A DNA stretch of 58,011 nucleotides from Girardia tigrina (lineage: Eukaryota). The DNA lies in contig MQRK01226581.1 in assembly GCA_001938485.1 (NCBI GenBank), forward strand, positions 1 through 58,011. The letters are read 5' to 3'. Numbering within the stretch: position 1 is the first letter of the stretch; every line of letters starts with the position of its first letter. This document shows, piece by piece, positions 1 to 12,800 of the stretch. Made by a program: the position numbers and the translations under genes. The notes beneath the pieces are model-generated. The model saw only the letters and a list, made by a program, of their open reading frames with translations. It did no database searches and was not told the origin of the DNA.

Positions 1-1116
1 AATAATAAACCTATCGTAACTGAATATTATTTTAAAAAATAAAGAATAAATTTTGGTGTTAAAAATGAATTCTGATATTGATATTGCAACCACTTCTCAC
101 ACCCTATATTTATGTTTTATAAAATCTTTGTGGACAACAAACCAATTTTACTCAATGATATAGATTAAATAAGACCAAGTTCTCGTGGTGTTCTTTGAAG
201 GCGAGATGGTCAGATTCAAATCAGAAGATTATGAGAAAAATGAAACGGTTTATTAGGTTGACGAGGACGCCATGAGAAAGGAGATGTAGCAAGTGGAAGG
301 AGTCTTTGACACGGTGATTGATGAGAGTGAAGTAGACTGATTAACTGTTTGCGATATGACATATTGAACCATGCTATTGATATGGCCAAAACCATACAGA
401 CCGACAAAAAGATCAATAAAGATTATTCCAAAATTATCAGAAAAAGTAATCAAATTGAATAAATTACAACTATATTACGAATTTTTCGTTTAATTATAGT
501 TTCTAATTATAAATTGTGAGCATAGTTCCTTGCGGGCCCAATGAAACATGAAACGATGACAATATGATTTGGGTCAAGAATTTCTAAATCTTAATTTCTG
601 AACAAAAATTTATACAACTGATTCTNCTAAAATCAAAATTTCAAAAACATAATTTCCCAAAATCCAATTTTCTAAAAGCAAAATATTTGAAAAAAAATTT
701 TTAAACCTAAACTACCTTTTTATGTTCGTCTACATATTTTTAATTTTAAGCAAATTAAAGCATGCAAAAATTACCGACATAATGGTATTTGTTTTACTGA
801 TATTCAGACATTTTAAATTTACATTTCAAATGAATCGCAAAACGCATCGGAGGAGTCTCAGTGAGTTCATATAGTTTTCGTGATGATTTCGATATTTTTA
901 ATAACTATTATTATTTATTTTTATTCTTGATTATTTTTAATAATAACTATTTATTAATAATTTTAATAACTATTAATTAGCTATGATTACTTTTGTGCAC
1001 TGTAAAATAATCCCAATGAAATTTTGTTGTGGATTTTGGGATTTTTATGACTTTAAATAATGTTTTAATTATGGTTCATATTTCTCCATAAAACACCAAA
1101 GGACGATTTGTCAGGC

Positions 1117-2090
1117 TGTCGCTCTGACTGCAGAATGCATTAGGTTGTTCGAAAATGTAATTTTAATCAATAAAATATATAAAAAATCATAAAATCAATT
1201 AAATCAAAATTGTAGAAAGACTATTATACAACCCCCACAAATTTACAAAAATTATAAAAGCTTACAGTTTGTGTTGTGACTGTATTGATTTGATTATGAT
1301 ATTTTTCTGGATTTTTAATGAATTAAATGAAAAAGTAAAATTTTTACTGTGGTGTCAAAATTAATATTTAAGTGTCATTTATTAATATCAAAAATCCATT
1401 CGTTAATAGAAAACCTGGATTTTTATGCTGATTTTTTATTTTTGGAATCAAAATATTTTATGTGAATATTTATGAATTAATTTGTGATTATTTATGAATT
1501 AATTTGTGATTATTTATGAATTAATTTGTGATTATTTATTAATTAATTTGTGATTATTTATTAATTAATTTGTGATTATNNNNNNNNNNNNNNNNNNNNN
1601 NNNNNNNNNNNNNNNNNNNNNNNNNNNNNTGTCGCTCTGACTGCAGAATGCATTAGGTTGTTCGAAAATGTAATTTTAATCAATAAAATATATAAAAAAT
1701 CATAAAATCAATTAAATCAAAATTGTAGAAAGACTATTATACAACCCCACAAATTTACAAAAATTATAAAAGCTTACAGTTTGTGTTGTGACTGTAATGA
1801 TTTGATTATGATATTTTTCTGGATTGTTAATGAATTAAATGAAAAAGTAAAATTTTTACTGTGGTGTCAAAATTAATATTTAAGTGTCATTTATTAATAT
1901 CAAAAATCAATTCGTTTATAGAAAACCTGGATTTTTATGCTGTTTTTTTATTTTTGGAATCAAAATATTTTATGTGATTATTTATGAAATAATTTGTGAT
2001 TATTTATGAATTAATTTGTGATTATTTATTAATTAATCTGTGATTATTATTTAATTAATTTGTGATTATTTATGAATTAATTTGTGATTA
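1117..2090. repeat. ~0.5 kb near-identical tandem duplication (1117-1579 vs 1630-~2090) spanning an N gap
   Basis: TGTCGCTCTGACTGCAGAATGCATTAGG... recurs at 1117 and 1630 with scattered SNPs; each copy runs into the 22-bp satellite. May be a haplotype or assembly duplication. Confidence 0.8.
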
Positions 2091-3871
2091 TTTATGAATT
2101 AATTTGTGATTATTCATTAATTAATGTGTGATTATTTATTAATTAATTTGTGATTATTTATGAATTAATTTGTGATTATTTATGAATTAATTTGTGATTA
2201 TTAATGAATTAATTTTTGATTATTTATGAATTAATTTGTGATTATTTATGAATTAATTTNNNNNNNNNNNNNNNNNNNNNNNNNNNNNNNNNNNNNNNNN
2301 NNNNNNNNNNNNNNNNNNNNNNNNNNNNNNNNNNNNNNNNNNNNNNNNNNNNNNNNNNNNNNNNNNNNTGAATTAATTTGTGATTATTTATTAATTAATT
2401 TGTGATTATTTATTAATTAATTTGTGATTATTAATTAATTAATTTGTGATTATTTATGAATTAATTTGTGATTATTTATGAATTAATGTGTGATTATTTA
2501 TGAATTAATCTGTGATTATTATTTAATTAATTTGTGATTATTTATGAATTAATTTGTGATTATTTATGAATTAATTTGTGATTATTCATTAATTAATGTG
2601 TGATTATTTATTAATTAATTTNNNNNNNNNNNNNNNNNNNNNNNNNNNNNNNNNNNNNNNNNNNNNNNNNNAATTAATTTGTGATTATTTATGAATTAAT
2701 TTGTGATTATTTATGAATTAATTTGTGATTATTAATGAATTAATTTTTGATTATTTATGAATTAATTTGTGATTATTTATGAATTAATTTTTGATTATTT
2801 ATGAATTAATTTGTGATTATTTATTAATTAATTTGTGATTATTAATTAATTAATTTGAATATTTATTAATTAATTTGTGATTATTTATGAATTAATTTGT
2901 GATTATTTATTAATTAATTTGTGATCATTTATTAATTAATTTGTGATTATTTATGAATTAATTTGTGATTATTTATTAATTAATTTGTGATTATTTATGA
3001 ATTAATTTGTGATTATTTAGGAATTAATTTGTGATTATTTATGAATTAATTTGTGATTATTTATGAATTAATTTGTGATTATTAATTAATTAATTTGAAT
3101 ATTTATGAATTAATTTGTGATTATTTGTGAATTAATTTGTGATTATTTATGAATTAATTTGTGATTATTTATTAATTAATTTGTGATTATTAATTAATTA
3201 ATTTGAATATTTATTAATTAATTTGTGATTAGTTATGAATTAATTTGTGATTATTTATTAATTAATTTGTGATTATTTGTGAATTAATTTGTGATTATTA
3301 ATTAATTTGTGATTATTAATTAATTAATTTGTGATTATTTATGAATTAATTTGTGATTATTTATGAATTAATTTGTGATTATTTATGAATTAATTTGTGA
3401 TTATTTATGAATTNNNNNNNNNNNNNNNNNNNNNNNNNNNNNNNNNNNNNNNNNNNNNNNNNNATTTGTGATTATTTATGAATTAATTTGTGATTATTTA
3501 TGAATTAATTTGTGATTATTTATGAATTAATTTGTGATTATTTATGAATTAATTTGTGATTATTTATTAATTAATTTGTGATCATTTATTAATTAATTTG
3601 TGATTATTAATTAATTAATTTGTGATTATTTATGAATTAATTTGTGATTATTTATGAATTAATGTGTGATTATTTATGAATTAATTTGTGATTATTTATG
3701 AATTAATTTGTGATTATTTATGAATTAATTTGTGATTATTTGTGAATTAATTTGTGATTATTTATGAATTAATTTGTGATTATNNNNNNNNNNNNNNNNN
3801 NNNNNNNNNNNNNNNNNNNNNNNNNNNNNNNNNNNNNNNNNNNNNNNNNNNNATTTGTGATTATTTATGAA
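1468..3871. repeat. 22-bp AT-rich tandem satellite (consensus ATTTATGAATTAATTTGTGATT), interrupted by gaps and by the duplicated unique block at 1630-~1970
   Basis: Directly visible period of 22 (e.g. GTGATT at 3331 and 3353); variants such as TTATTAATT and TTAATTAATT; dozens of copies; several N gaps. Confidence 0.97.
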
Positions 3872-4709
3872 TGTTAGGTTATATAGAAAGGGTAGAAAAA
3901 ATCCGAAAAAACTTCATCACATACTCACAATACACTCACATGACTTCAATACACGCGTGTATAAATACATAATTTAGAAGAAATACATAATTTGTAAGAA
4001 TCATAATCATTTCTTTATGGCACTGACACGTTATAGAAATTAATAAATAATTGCAAATTAAATAATATTTATAAATTAATTAACTAAAAATATTACTTAA
4101 ATAAGCGTAAAATGATATGAAAGTCATTAAATCATATGTATGTTGCCATTCGTAAATGCCTAAGTGGCATTTCTAATCGTGAATATGTGTATGTATGCAT
4201 GGTTTTTTTTAGGGTAAGAGATTTTTTTCTATGTATAACACAACCTTTAAGTGCAGATTGCTATTTTTATATTAGGTTTACAGTTATTTTATAATTTTTA
4301 ATTGGCAATTTATTTTTAGATGGTCAATTTTTGTATAGAATTTTGAAGTCTTAACTGCAAGCAACTGTATTATAAATAATCTTACTCAAAGAATCGCGTT
4401 TCCTTCTTTAGAAAAGAATGAAGTGAAGGTAAAATTGGAAATTTAAAAATATTAAAAAAACAAAGTTTAAAAAATCATGAAAATATTTTAAGAAAAAATA
4501 TTTTTGAATAAGTTTTCTCAGGTATTTTTTATTGATTTATTCAAAATAATATTCGATCTATTTTCTGTTAATTTACAAATAATATTTAAAAATTTTATGA
4601 TAATATTTTATTTTCATTATTATAATTCATAAATATTGATTGAACGTGGTAAATGGGACATTTACATATTTCTTACAATTGGTTTCACTGCTAATGCACG
4701 AATTACCTT

Positions 4710-4870
4710 TTTGAATTTTCCGCCGGAACTTTTCAACTCAACGCTAACTTTCTTTGCATTTAACTGGTGTTTTTATCCTCCGATTACTCCTACTGAAAGT
4801 GTTCCGTCTTTTCTATTTAGTTCCAGCTCCTTGACGACCGTTTCACTGATTTAGGTTCCAGGAACTGTTC
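4710..4870 (-). mobile_element. Decayed retroviral-type aspartic protease remnant (BEL/Pao-like LTR retrotransposon)
   Basis: Minus-strand translation GT*ISETVVKELELNRKDGTLSVGVIGG*KHQLNAKKVSVELKS resembles the segment after the DSG motif of BEL/Pao proteases; a TGTAACGA LTR-like end lies at 5542 (minus strand). Confidence 0.3.
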
Positions 4871-5559
4871 TTAATGCCACCTGATGATTTCTATTGTTCG
4901 ATCCAGCTCCTCTGGTTACTAAACTCTGTACTCATTTCCCCGACCAGTCAATTCTATCTACAGAGTTCTCATTTCTTTCATAGTGGACAAGCCAATGATG
5001 TTTATTCGGTAAAGAAAACTTCTAAGGAGCTCGGGTCTATAAGCGATACGGTGATCGGTTGGCGGCGGTGTTGTGCGCATACACCCAGAGTTGCCAGGGG
5101 CTCGGGTCGGCCTAGCAATTTAAAGAAGAATTGGACTCTTGACTGCAAGTTGCAGGGTTTGTTGTATCTCAGCAGAGGTTCTTTTGTTATTTGATTGATT
5201 GCTTCCCATTTTACGGGTGATATTGTCGAGGTTCTCGGTGACATCGGGATCATTTGAATTTTCATTTGAATCGATAGATGCATTATTGTTGTTGAACAGC
5301 AGTCAGAATTTTTTTTTTTTTAATATCAAAATTTTTATTTTGTTTTTTTTTTCACATTTCAAATCAATTCAAAACACACACACGCAATTCCTCACTCACC
5401 ACACACACATACATGTACGTGATTGGTCCATTTAAAATGGACAAAGAAAATCACTCCATTATCACACACACACACACGCACACATTACACACAGAGGCAG
5501 AAAGCAGTGAACAAAACGAAATTGAGGCTCACAATCGTTACACCGCTAAATCATCGATC

Positions 5560-6300
5560 ACTTATTGTCGGTGTGTCTCCAGAAGGCTATGATCAAGAGT
5601 GCGTGTTCTGAATACAGTTCGTGATAAAAATACAAGACTCGAGTTTGCTTCACATGATTAGCTCCAATTTAAACTTTTTTATTAAACATTCGTTTATGTC
5701 AAAGAAAAACTATGATTCTTTTTGAAAGGTGTAGGGGCCGCCATCACATTCGCAAGTAATCTTGGCACCGACATCGTTCATCGGGCTATACACAATTCTT
5801 GTTTATAAAGTGTTTAGATATCGAAAAACTGGCTGCTGCAATAAAAATCCATTGTCTTCTCTATTGCCACGGGGCAATAATAATTCCTAATTAAACTGTA
5901 GATAGCTGAGAAGAAATTCGGCGATTCTACCAACACAAATTTTTCGGACTTGTTTTTTATCATCAGATGAATAGCATTTTTTTTACCCTTGAAATTAAGA
6001 ATTTATTATTTATAATTAAATATCCTAAACTAAAATAAACATTATCACCAAAGCGATTTTTTTAGGCATACTTTGTGTTTGATTCGCATTTGTGGGGGTG
6101 ATACAGTCAATCTCACCAGTGCAAATTGGGCATATGTGAAGCGCATCAAAAGTATTGAAAATGACAAGATTATTCGCGAACTGATAACAACATTTTTGGT
6201 AGCAAGTGTGACCACAGAGTTATAAGATAAAGATAAATGTAAAAGTATTCAGGGAAAAAAGTGATGGATACCAACAAATTTACATGTATGGTCGGTCAGT
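5560..6300. pseudogene. Decayed EGF-like repeat coding fragments in both orientations
   Basis: Minus strand ~5690-5790 reads ...KITCECDGGPYTF...FFDINECL (Ca-binding EGF D-I-N-E-C). Plus strand ~6110-6220 reads HQCKLGICEA...NIFGSKCDH. Many stops. Confidence 0.3.
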
Positions 6301-6439
6301 CAATAAGATTAAATCAAACAACACTCAGTTCATATTTACACTTCAAAAAAAGCAGTTCTCGAAAAGTAATTCGTAAAAAAACAATTTGCAGAAATCAAAT
6401 TTATATAAAAACAAGTTTGTACTACAGTTTGAATTGTTT

Positions 6440-9330
6440 TAGATGAATTCCCATATTAAAAGTGTGCTTACAGAAAAGCTTCGGAATTACATGTTGAGTT
6501 CATCCAATTGGTAACTTCTTCCATTTACCAAATGCTAAAAGATTTTTGAATTGTTCGAAACTTGCTTTTTATATTTCACTTTTCATTTACTTTCTCCGTG
6601 ACACCACACGGTATTTAGTTCACTCGTCTTGGGCCTTTCTCATCACCAATGATATCTTTTGAAGATTTAGTCCATTGATAAGACTTTGTCCATAGATTCA
6701 AAAAAATAGTAGGTTCTGAGGCGAATAGTTTGGCATTAATCTTAGTTGGATTACGTTCAATGAATATAAAAAATTTAATTATTTGATTTACTAGTATTTA
6801 TTTTTATTTATTATCAAATATATATTTATAATTTCAAATAACAAAAATATATTTTTTAATATATTTATTCAATAATTTATTATTCAACATGTTTTTAATA
6901 CATTCAAACAAATATGCAGAGTCAGCGACATCTCTTTCACCAAATCACAGTTTCAAATTTCTTCATTCACTAATGTTGCTTTCACTGATATCACGAACTC
7001 TGCCTAACGCAAACTGTTATTAGTTCAAAATTTTTTGAAGTGTACCTAGATTGAAGATTATTAATTTTCCCCGTCTATATGGAGTACTTTGGTCCTAAAA
7101 TTAATTTAAAATTGTATAAACCTTTTACTGTTTTCTTTTGTATGTGATTTTAATCATTTAATTCGGGATTAAGTGAATTAAAAATTTTTTTGTATGTGAT
7201 TTTAATTTATGTGATCTGTAGTGTTTTTATTTACTTTATTTTTTTTATCACATATTTTACAAAGAAAACCGGTGATTTATCGGATTATTATGATCTAGCT
7301 AATTTATCGAGTGAAAATATCGAAAAAGACAAAAACATAACATAAAAACGATTTCGGTTTTATTATTTTATTTTATTTCAAACGATTTATTATTCAGTAT
7401 TATTTATTATTCGATTTATCAATCAATTTGCCAAAATTTGAAAATCAATTTGATATTTTTTTCGGCGTTCAAAATTTTATCGTTTTTTTAATTGAAGCCC
7501 AATGGAATTTAAATACGGAAATTTGATTTTCTCTTCGAATTTTGTTTCGGGTAATGTATTGAATGTGAATCGAGTGTCGCTTGGTGAGGATACCGCGAAG
7601 GAAAAGACTTTATTTTGGTGAAAGAAAAATAAATATCAAATTTAATGAAAATTCATGTTGTTTGAATATTTGAAAAAAATCTTGAAAACAGAACTTGATT
7701 ATTTACCGCGCAGAGATATTTCGCCTCAATTTATATGCTGTAAATGACATTAAATAAAGTTTATGATTAATGTGGTAATTTTTATTTATTTTTATTTCTC
7801 AAAATTGTAATAGCGATATTCCTGTTAAAAGTTGTTAATTTCGTTAAATATTTTTATTTCTTAGTAAAAAATAGACATTTGAAGATCAGTTCAAATCCCT
7901 ATTTTTTTTTCAAAGATAATAAAAAATTAAGACTTATATCCAATATTCTGTCTGCATAAATAATGTGTATGTAAAATTAATTTTTTTGATTTACTAGTTT
8001 TTTTCTGTTGTGAAATATGACTGAACGAAATAGGTATTGTCGTTATTGATAGTAGAACTGGGTGTCCCACTTTTCGTGTTTTTAGATGAATTCGTCTCTC
8101 CTGATATATTCTTATGGTATATATTTTAACGAATACAAAATACATTTATTCAAATTTATCATAATACATCTAAATCGATTTGTAAACACATCGATAAAAC
8201 ACGTATTTTATTAAATGTTTTTTGCTTTTCTAAAATAATAGTATTGTGGCTCGGCATTGTTTTTTATTGTGCCACCGTGTCTCTTAATAAAGGCCTGGAC
8301 GTCATCATCGATTTGGCCACCCAGCGATATTATTGTGTTGTGTTGATAGAATATATATTCGATAGAATATTGTTGATGGAAAAATTGAGAAATTCGATCG
8401 ATGGAGAGTCAAAATTCGTTGTGCGCATATATTTCAGCGCGTGGGTCAAGAAATGTTTTAATATATCGATTGATTGAGTGATGAATCGTTAATTTTCTGT
8501 TTTTGTTCTTGATTTGTCGTTTTGTTCCTAACGATCATTCGTTCTGGTTTTTCGTCTAATTCTATTTCCAATGTTTTGAACATCTCGAAATATGTCCTTT
8601 GTTCATTGAATTTGCGTAGTCCCCAGAAATAGTAGAGACAATGCAACACACATTCTTTTCGAAGCACTTGTAATATGTCGTCGTCGTCGTCATCATTGCA
8701 CTTTTAATTACTTTTAATTCTGTCTGCATAGATAATGAGTATATACAATTAAATTTTTTGATTTACTAGTTTTAATTTTATATTTATTATCAAATATATA
8801 TAATTTCAAATAACAAAAATATTTTTTTAATACATTTATTTAATAATTTATTATTCAACATGTTTTTTAACACTTATGCATTTTTTAATTCACTTTTTTG
8901 TTTTACTGAATTGATTAAAATTACTCAAAAAAATACAAATTATGCAACAAATTCAAAATTTTTCCATAAAAATTTTCAGTTCATAAAGAAAATGAATAAA
9001 GCAAAATTTAAAGGAATCGGAAGTAGATATTGGATTACGTTCAATGAATATAAAAAAAATATTTGATTTACATTATTTATTATCAAATATACATTTATAA
9101 TTTCAAAAAAGAAAAATATTTTTTTAATACATTTATGCAATAATTTAGTATTCAACATGTTTTTAACACATATTCAAACAAATAGGCAGAGTCCGCGATA
9201 TCTCTTTCATCAAATCACAGTTTCAAATGTCTTCATTCACTAATGTTGATTTCACTGATATCACGAACTCTGCCTAACGCAAACTGATATTCGATCAAAA
9301 TTTTTTGAAGATTATTAATCTTCCCCGTCT
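6440..9330. repeat. Mosaic dispersed repeat, copy 1 (homologous to 33538-35610)
   Basis: 6440-7110 matches 33538-34213 and 7918-9030 matches 34216-35484 at high identity; 9030-9330 re-copies 6746-7077. Contains decayed minus-strand ORFs of unknown function. Confidence 0.9.
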
Positions 9331-9646
9331 ATAAAAACATAAAATTTTTTATCGTCCTCCTCCAATTGTCCATGAGCAGGTCAGTGCACTTTTTGAAAAT
9401 ATCCATCCACTCGTGGTCAAAAATTGATTCAAATTTAATCCCAAATCCGAAATGAATCCCAAATTGATTGTATCGCTCGAACGCATTGTTGTTCAGGTTC
9501 TCGAGTGCGTCGATGCCCTGGGCAGCCCTAAACTCCGCCATGCACTGCTCCCGCTTGCCGAAGTTGTTGGCGCACTGGAACCACTCTCGCACGGCGTCCT
9601 GCGGAAGCATGGTTATCTTGTTGTCGTCACTTTCACAAACTTTCAA
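9329..9646 (-). pseudogene. GC-richer ORF of unknown function (105 aa), probably the 5' part of the decayed gene carried by the mosaic repeat
   Basis: Protein-like composition (MKVCESDD...EWFQCANN...DHEWMDIF...NWRRTIK). The frame continues past the stop as TGKINNLQKILIEYQFALGRVRDISE, into a block repeated three times. Confidence 0.4.
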
Positions 9647-9854
9647 TTTTAATGGCTTCTTAAAATAGCAAAGAAAAATTTCGCACAGGACAATATTTTT
9701 ATTTAATTGAAATTTAAAATCATAAGGGTGACTTAGTCACATTTAAATTCAAAAATTTCGCGCCAACCAAAATTCATTAATAATTCAATAATTTATTCCA
9801 ACAAAACTCGATTGATTAAAATTCACACATCATCACTTTTTCAAAATTTCGCCC

Positions 9855-12800
9855 TGTTACGGTCCAATATTGAGTAACCTAGACTTAGGCAATTCCATGC
9901 AGTCATTAACAATAAAATAATAAAGAAATAAGAGGAAAACATTAGTGTGTAATACATATTTAAATCACCAAAATTGTTCTCGAAGTTGTTCTCGATTTCC
10001 CGAGGACAGTGGAGCATTGTGGATGCCGCGTAGAGGCTAAAATAAAAAATAGAATAAAAACTCACCCGTTGAGAAAAATCAAACAACCGCCCCTTCCCCG
10101 AGAGAGTTTCGTTAGGCGCCTCAGCAATAGCAACTCGTCAGAGGATTGCGTGGCCCTGGAAAAAGTTATTCACCCTAAAAGCATCAAAGTTAATTCAAAA
10201 TGAACCCAAAAAATTAATAAAGTTACTTACAGGATTATCTAGTGGAGCTGAGAGGTCACCCAACCCCCTCCGTGTAGCCCCTCACAAGATGAGTCCCTGA
10301 GCAGAACTCGTGGGACGTCGACAGATACCTGGAAAAAGCTATTCACCCTGAAAAAGAAAAAAATAATCAAAATTCGACCAAAAAACAACAAAGTCCCTCA
10401 CCGAGATATCCAATGGAGCTACGGGGTCAACCGACCCTCCCACGAAAGATCTTCGCGCGGTCAATCCGTGGGCGAAACCCGCGAAGCCGTAGGACCTCCC
10501 TGAGAAAATTTATAGCCCCTGAAAGATCAAATAAATAATTAAGAAAAATAGAAAATTAATTAATTTTACCATGAGTCAACCCAGAATCCGAGAATAATCG
10601 TCAGCTGATGATTCCGTGTGAATCAACCGTAAATCAGCAGCAGGCATGCCTGAGAAATATGGAAGTGTGTAAAGGCACACGAGACTGGATCCTATAATAA
10701 AATAAAATTTTTATAAAATAATAAATAAAATAAAATAATAAAATAAAATTAAAATACCGACAAGCCCGACAAACCAGCATTGCAGAATTTTCAGACGACT
10801 GGTTGGCGGAACCTGGTTGGCCAAGAGAAGACAACAGGACAACCTAGATGAAATATAAAACAGAAATCATTTTACGACGAAGTCGCACAAAAATTTAAAA
10901 ACGAAACCGAATCCGCGCTTGCACGTTTTTCGACGATACAATTTACACGCAAATTCCGAGAAGAAATAACCGATCCGACGTCCAGTATACGGCCGAGCGA
11001 TAACCAATCCATACACTGCGAACGAGAATCCGTAGACGAATTACGAGAAGGCGACAACCGAAGCCGAGAGCCTAATTCCAGTAGAGCGCTTCAATCGACT
11101 GATGCACCGACGAGCGAAGATTACCGCAGACTCATTCACGACTGATCGACTAGCGATTTGCCCGTATCCTCCGGATCCCGTTGGACTTGTTTCTAATTGT
11201 AAATTTTGTTATTTCGCTGATGAATATTTATTACCAACCAATTTATTAAATTAAATAAACGTGTTTTACGATAATGGTTTTTCACTTTTAACGTAATTAA
11301 CTTGTGAAACCAAGTTCCGGCCGTCTAGCGCTTCGATCTAGGCGGGTTCCCTTCCCGTCGTCGCCGCCGTCCCATGAGATCCCGCGGAATTGTGTATGAG
11401 TCCAGCGATCCGTTAATGTCGACCTTGAATTTAAATCCGAGGGTCGCTTCGAAGATTTTAACTAATAAATTTAAACAAGCAAAGTTTCGAGGACGAAATT
11501 CTGTCGATTAACAATTTTTTTTATAATTGCGTTTTTAATAAGTTTTTTTTCTTCCTTAGATTTTCTTTTGCAGTTAAATATAATTCACTAAAGTTCTAAC
11601 GTTAACACCGCGATTTTCAACTTATTCCGTCAGTTTTATAATAAATTTATTAATCTTATAATTTTAATTTCGTAATGAATCAATTTTTCACAATTTACTT
11701 GTCAATTCATCAATTTACTTGTTAATTTTTACGAACCATTTTTATGGATCAAGCTTACTTATCAGTTTACTATTAATTTTACTTATCGATTTTACAAATT
11801 TTAATGAATTTATCAATCCTATAATTTAGTGAATGAATTTTATGAATGAATTTTTTTTACAATTTTATCTGTACGAATTTATCGATTTTTAATGAATTTT
11901 ATCATGAATCTATTTTACCATTTTGAGCTTAGGAATTTATCAATTTTACTTTATAAAGAATTTAATGATTACGACGAAATTACCAGTTTTGCCGAAAATT
12001 ACCATTTTCGAAAATTGCCGATACTTTTGTAACGAATCCTGAAAAGTTTACGAAATTATCAATTTTATAGAGTAGGAAATGGAGATTAGAGAGTTGTAAT
12101 GGATTGAACTGTTAATAAACGACTAGTGGGTTGAGAAGTGTAAATTTGAATGAACCAGTAACTGCAAGTAATTAGGTCCGTTGTTGATAAGTCCATATTA
12201 CCTTAAGATAAATCTGCCGTTGACATTAAATGATGACCCTTTGGCGTAATTAAGTAATCTTGAGGTGAATCTGTATGAATTGAACAAAGTACGATTGAGA
12301 GAGATGTGGTCGATGAAAACGACAATAAAGTCTAATAGTCGATACGAATTACTGTTGAGACGAATAACAAATATACACTACATAATGATATATACTACTT
12401 TCAGGAGGGATATACTGCATAAATATGTTTACGACAGTGCCACAAGTTTATTATCATGCACATCACAGTACCACAAGTCACATCACATTGTCGCAAGTTC
12501 GACGCATAACATCAGCGTCGAAGTTATAGACTGATACAACAGTGCAACAAGTTTTACGATACACATTTACCATAGAGGTGATAAAATTGTTGAGGAACGT
12601 AATATATAAATCATCCCCGAGCGACACTAATCTAGGTGGGTCCATAGCCTATCCAGTCTTTAACCGAACCCGAAGGCTCCTTGAGCTTGGCACTGGTAGG
12701 CAGATGTCAGGCAAGATAGGAGGCGTCCGACTCTACTATACAACCGCAGCGTTTAAAATGGGAAACAGTTTAACGTTTAAAACCGAAATAAAATTATAAT

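Noticed and set aside
1468-3871. CRISPR-like array
   Set aside because: Units are contiguous with no unique spacers; eukaryotic context; no cas genes.
3872-4028. Small solo LTR (TGTTAG...CTGACA)
   Set aside because: No target-site duplication and no second copy in the window.
9170-9330. TGA codons shared by three repeat copies (ISE*RHLKL*F) suggesting TGA=Trp recoding
   Set aside because: The adjacent ORF uses TGG for Trp and TAA/TAG stops also interrupt these frames; duplication after decay is the simpler explanation.
10100-10145. Hammerhead-like CTGACGA-GTTG...TAAC-GAAAC on the minus strand in the 109-nt exon of element A (also CTGACGA plus stem at ~54390)
   Set aside because: No convincing stem I/III or NUH cleavage site; the orthologous exon in B reads CTGATGG and lacks GAAA.
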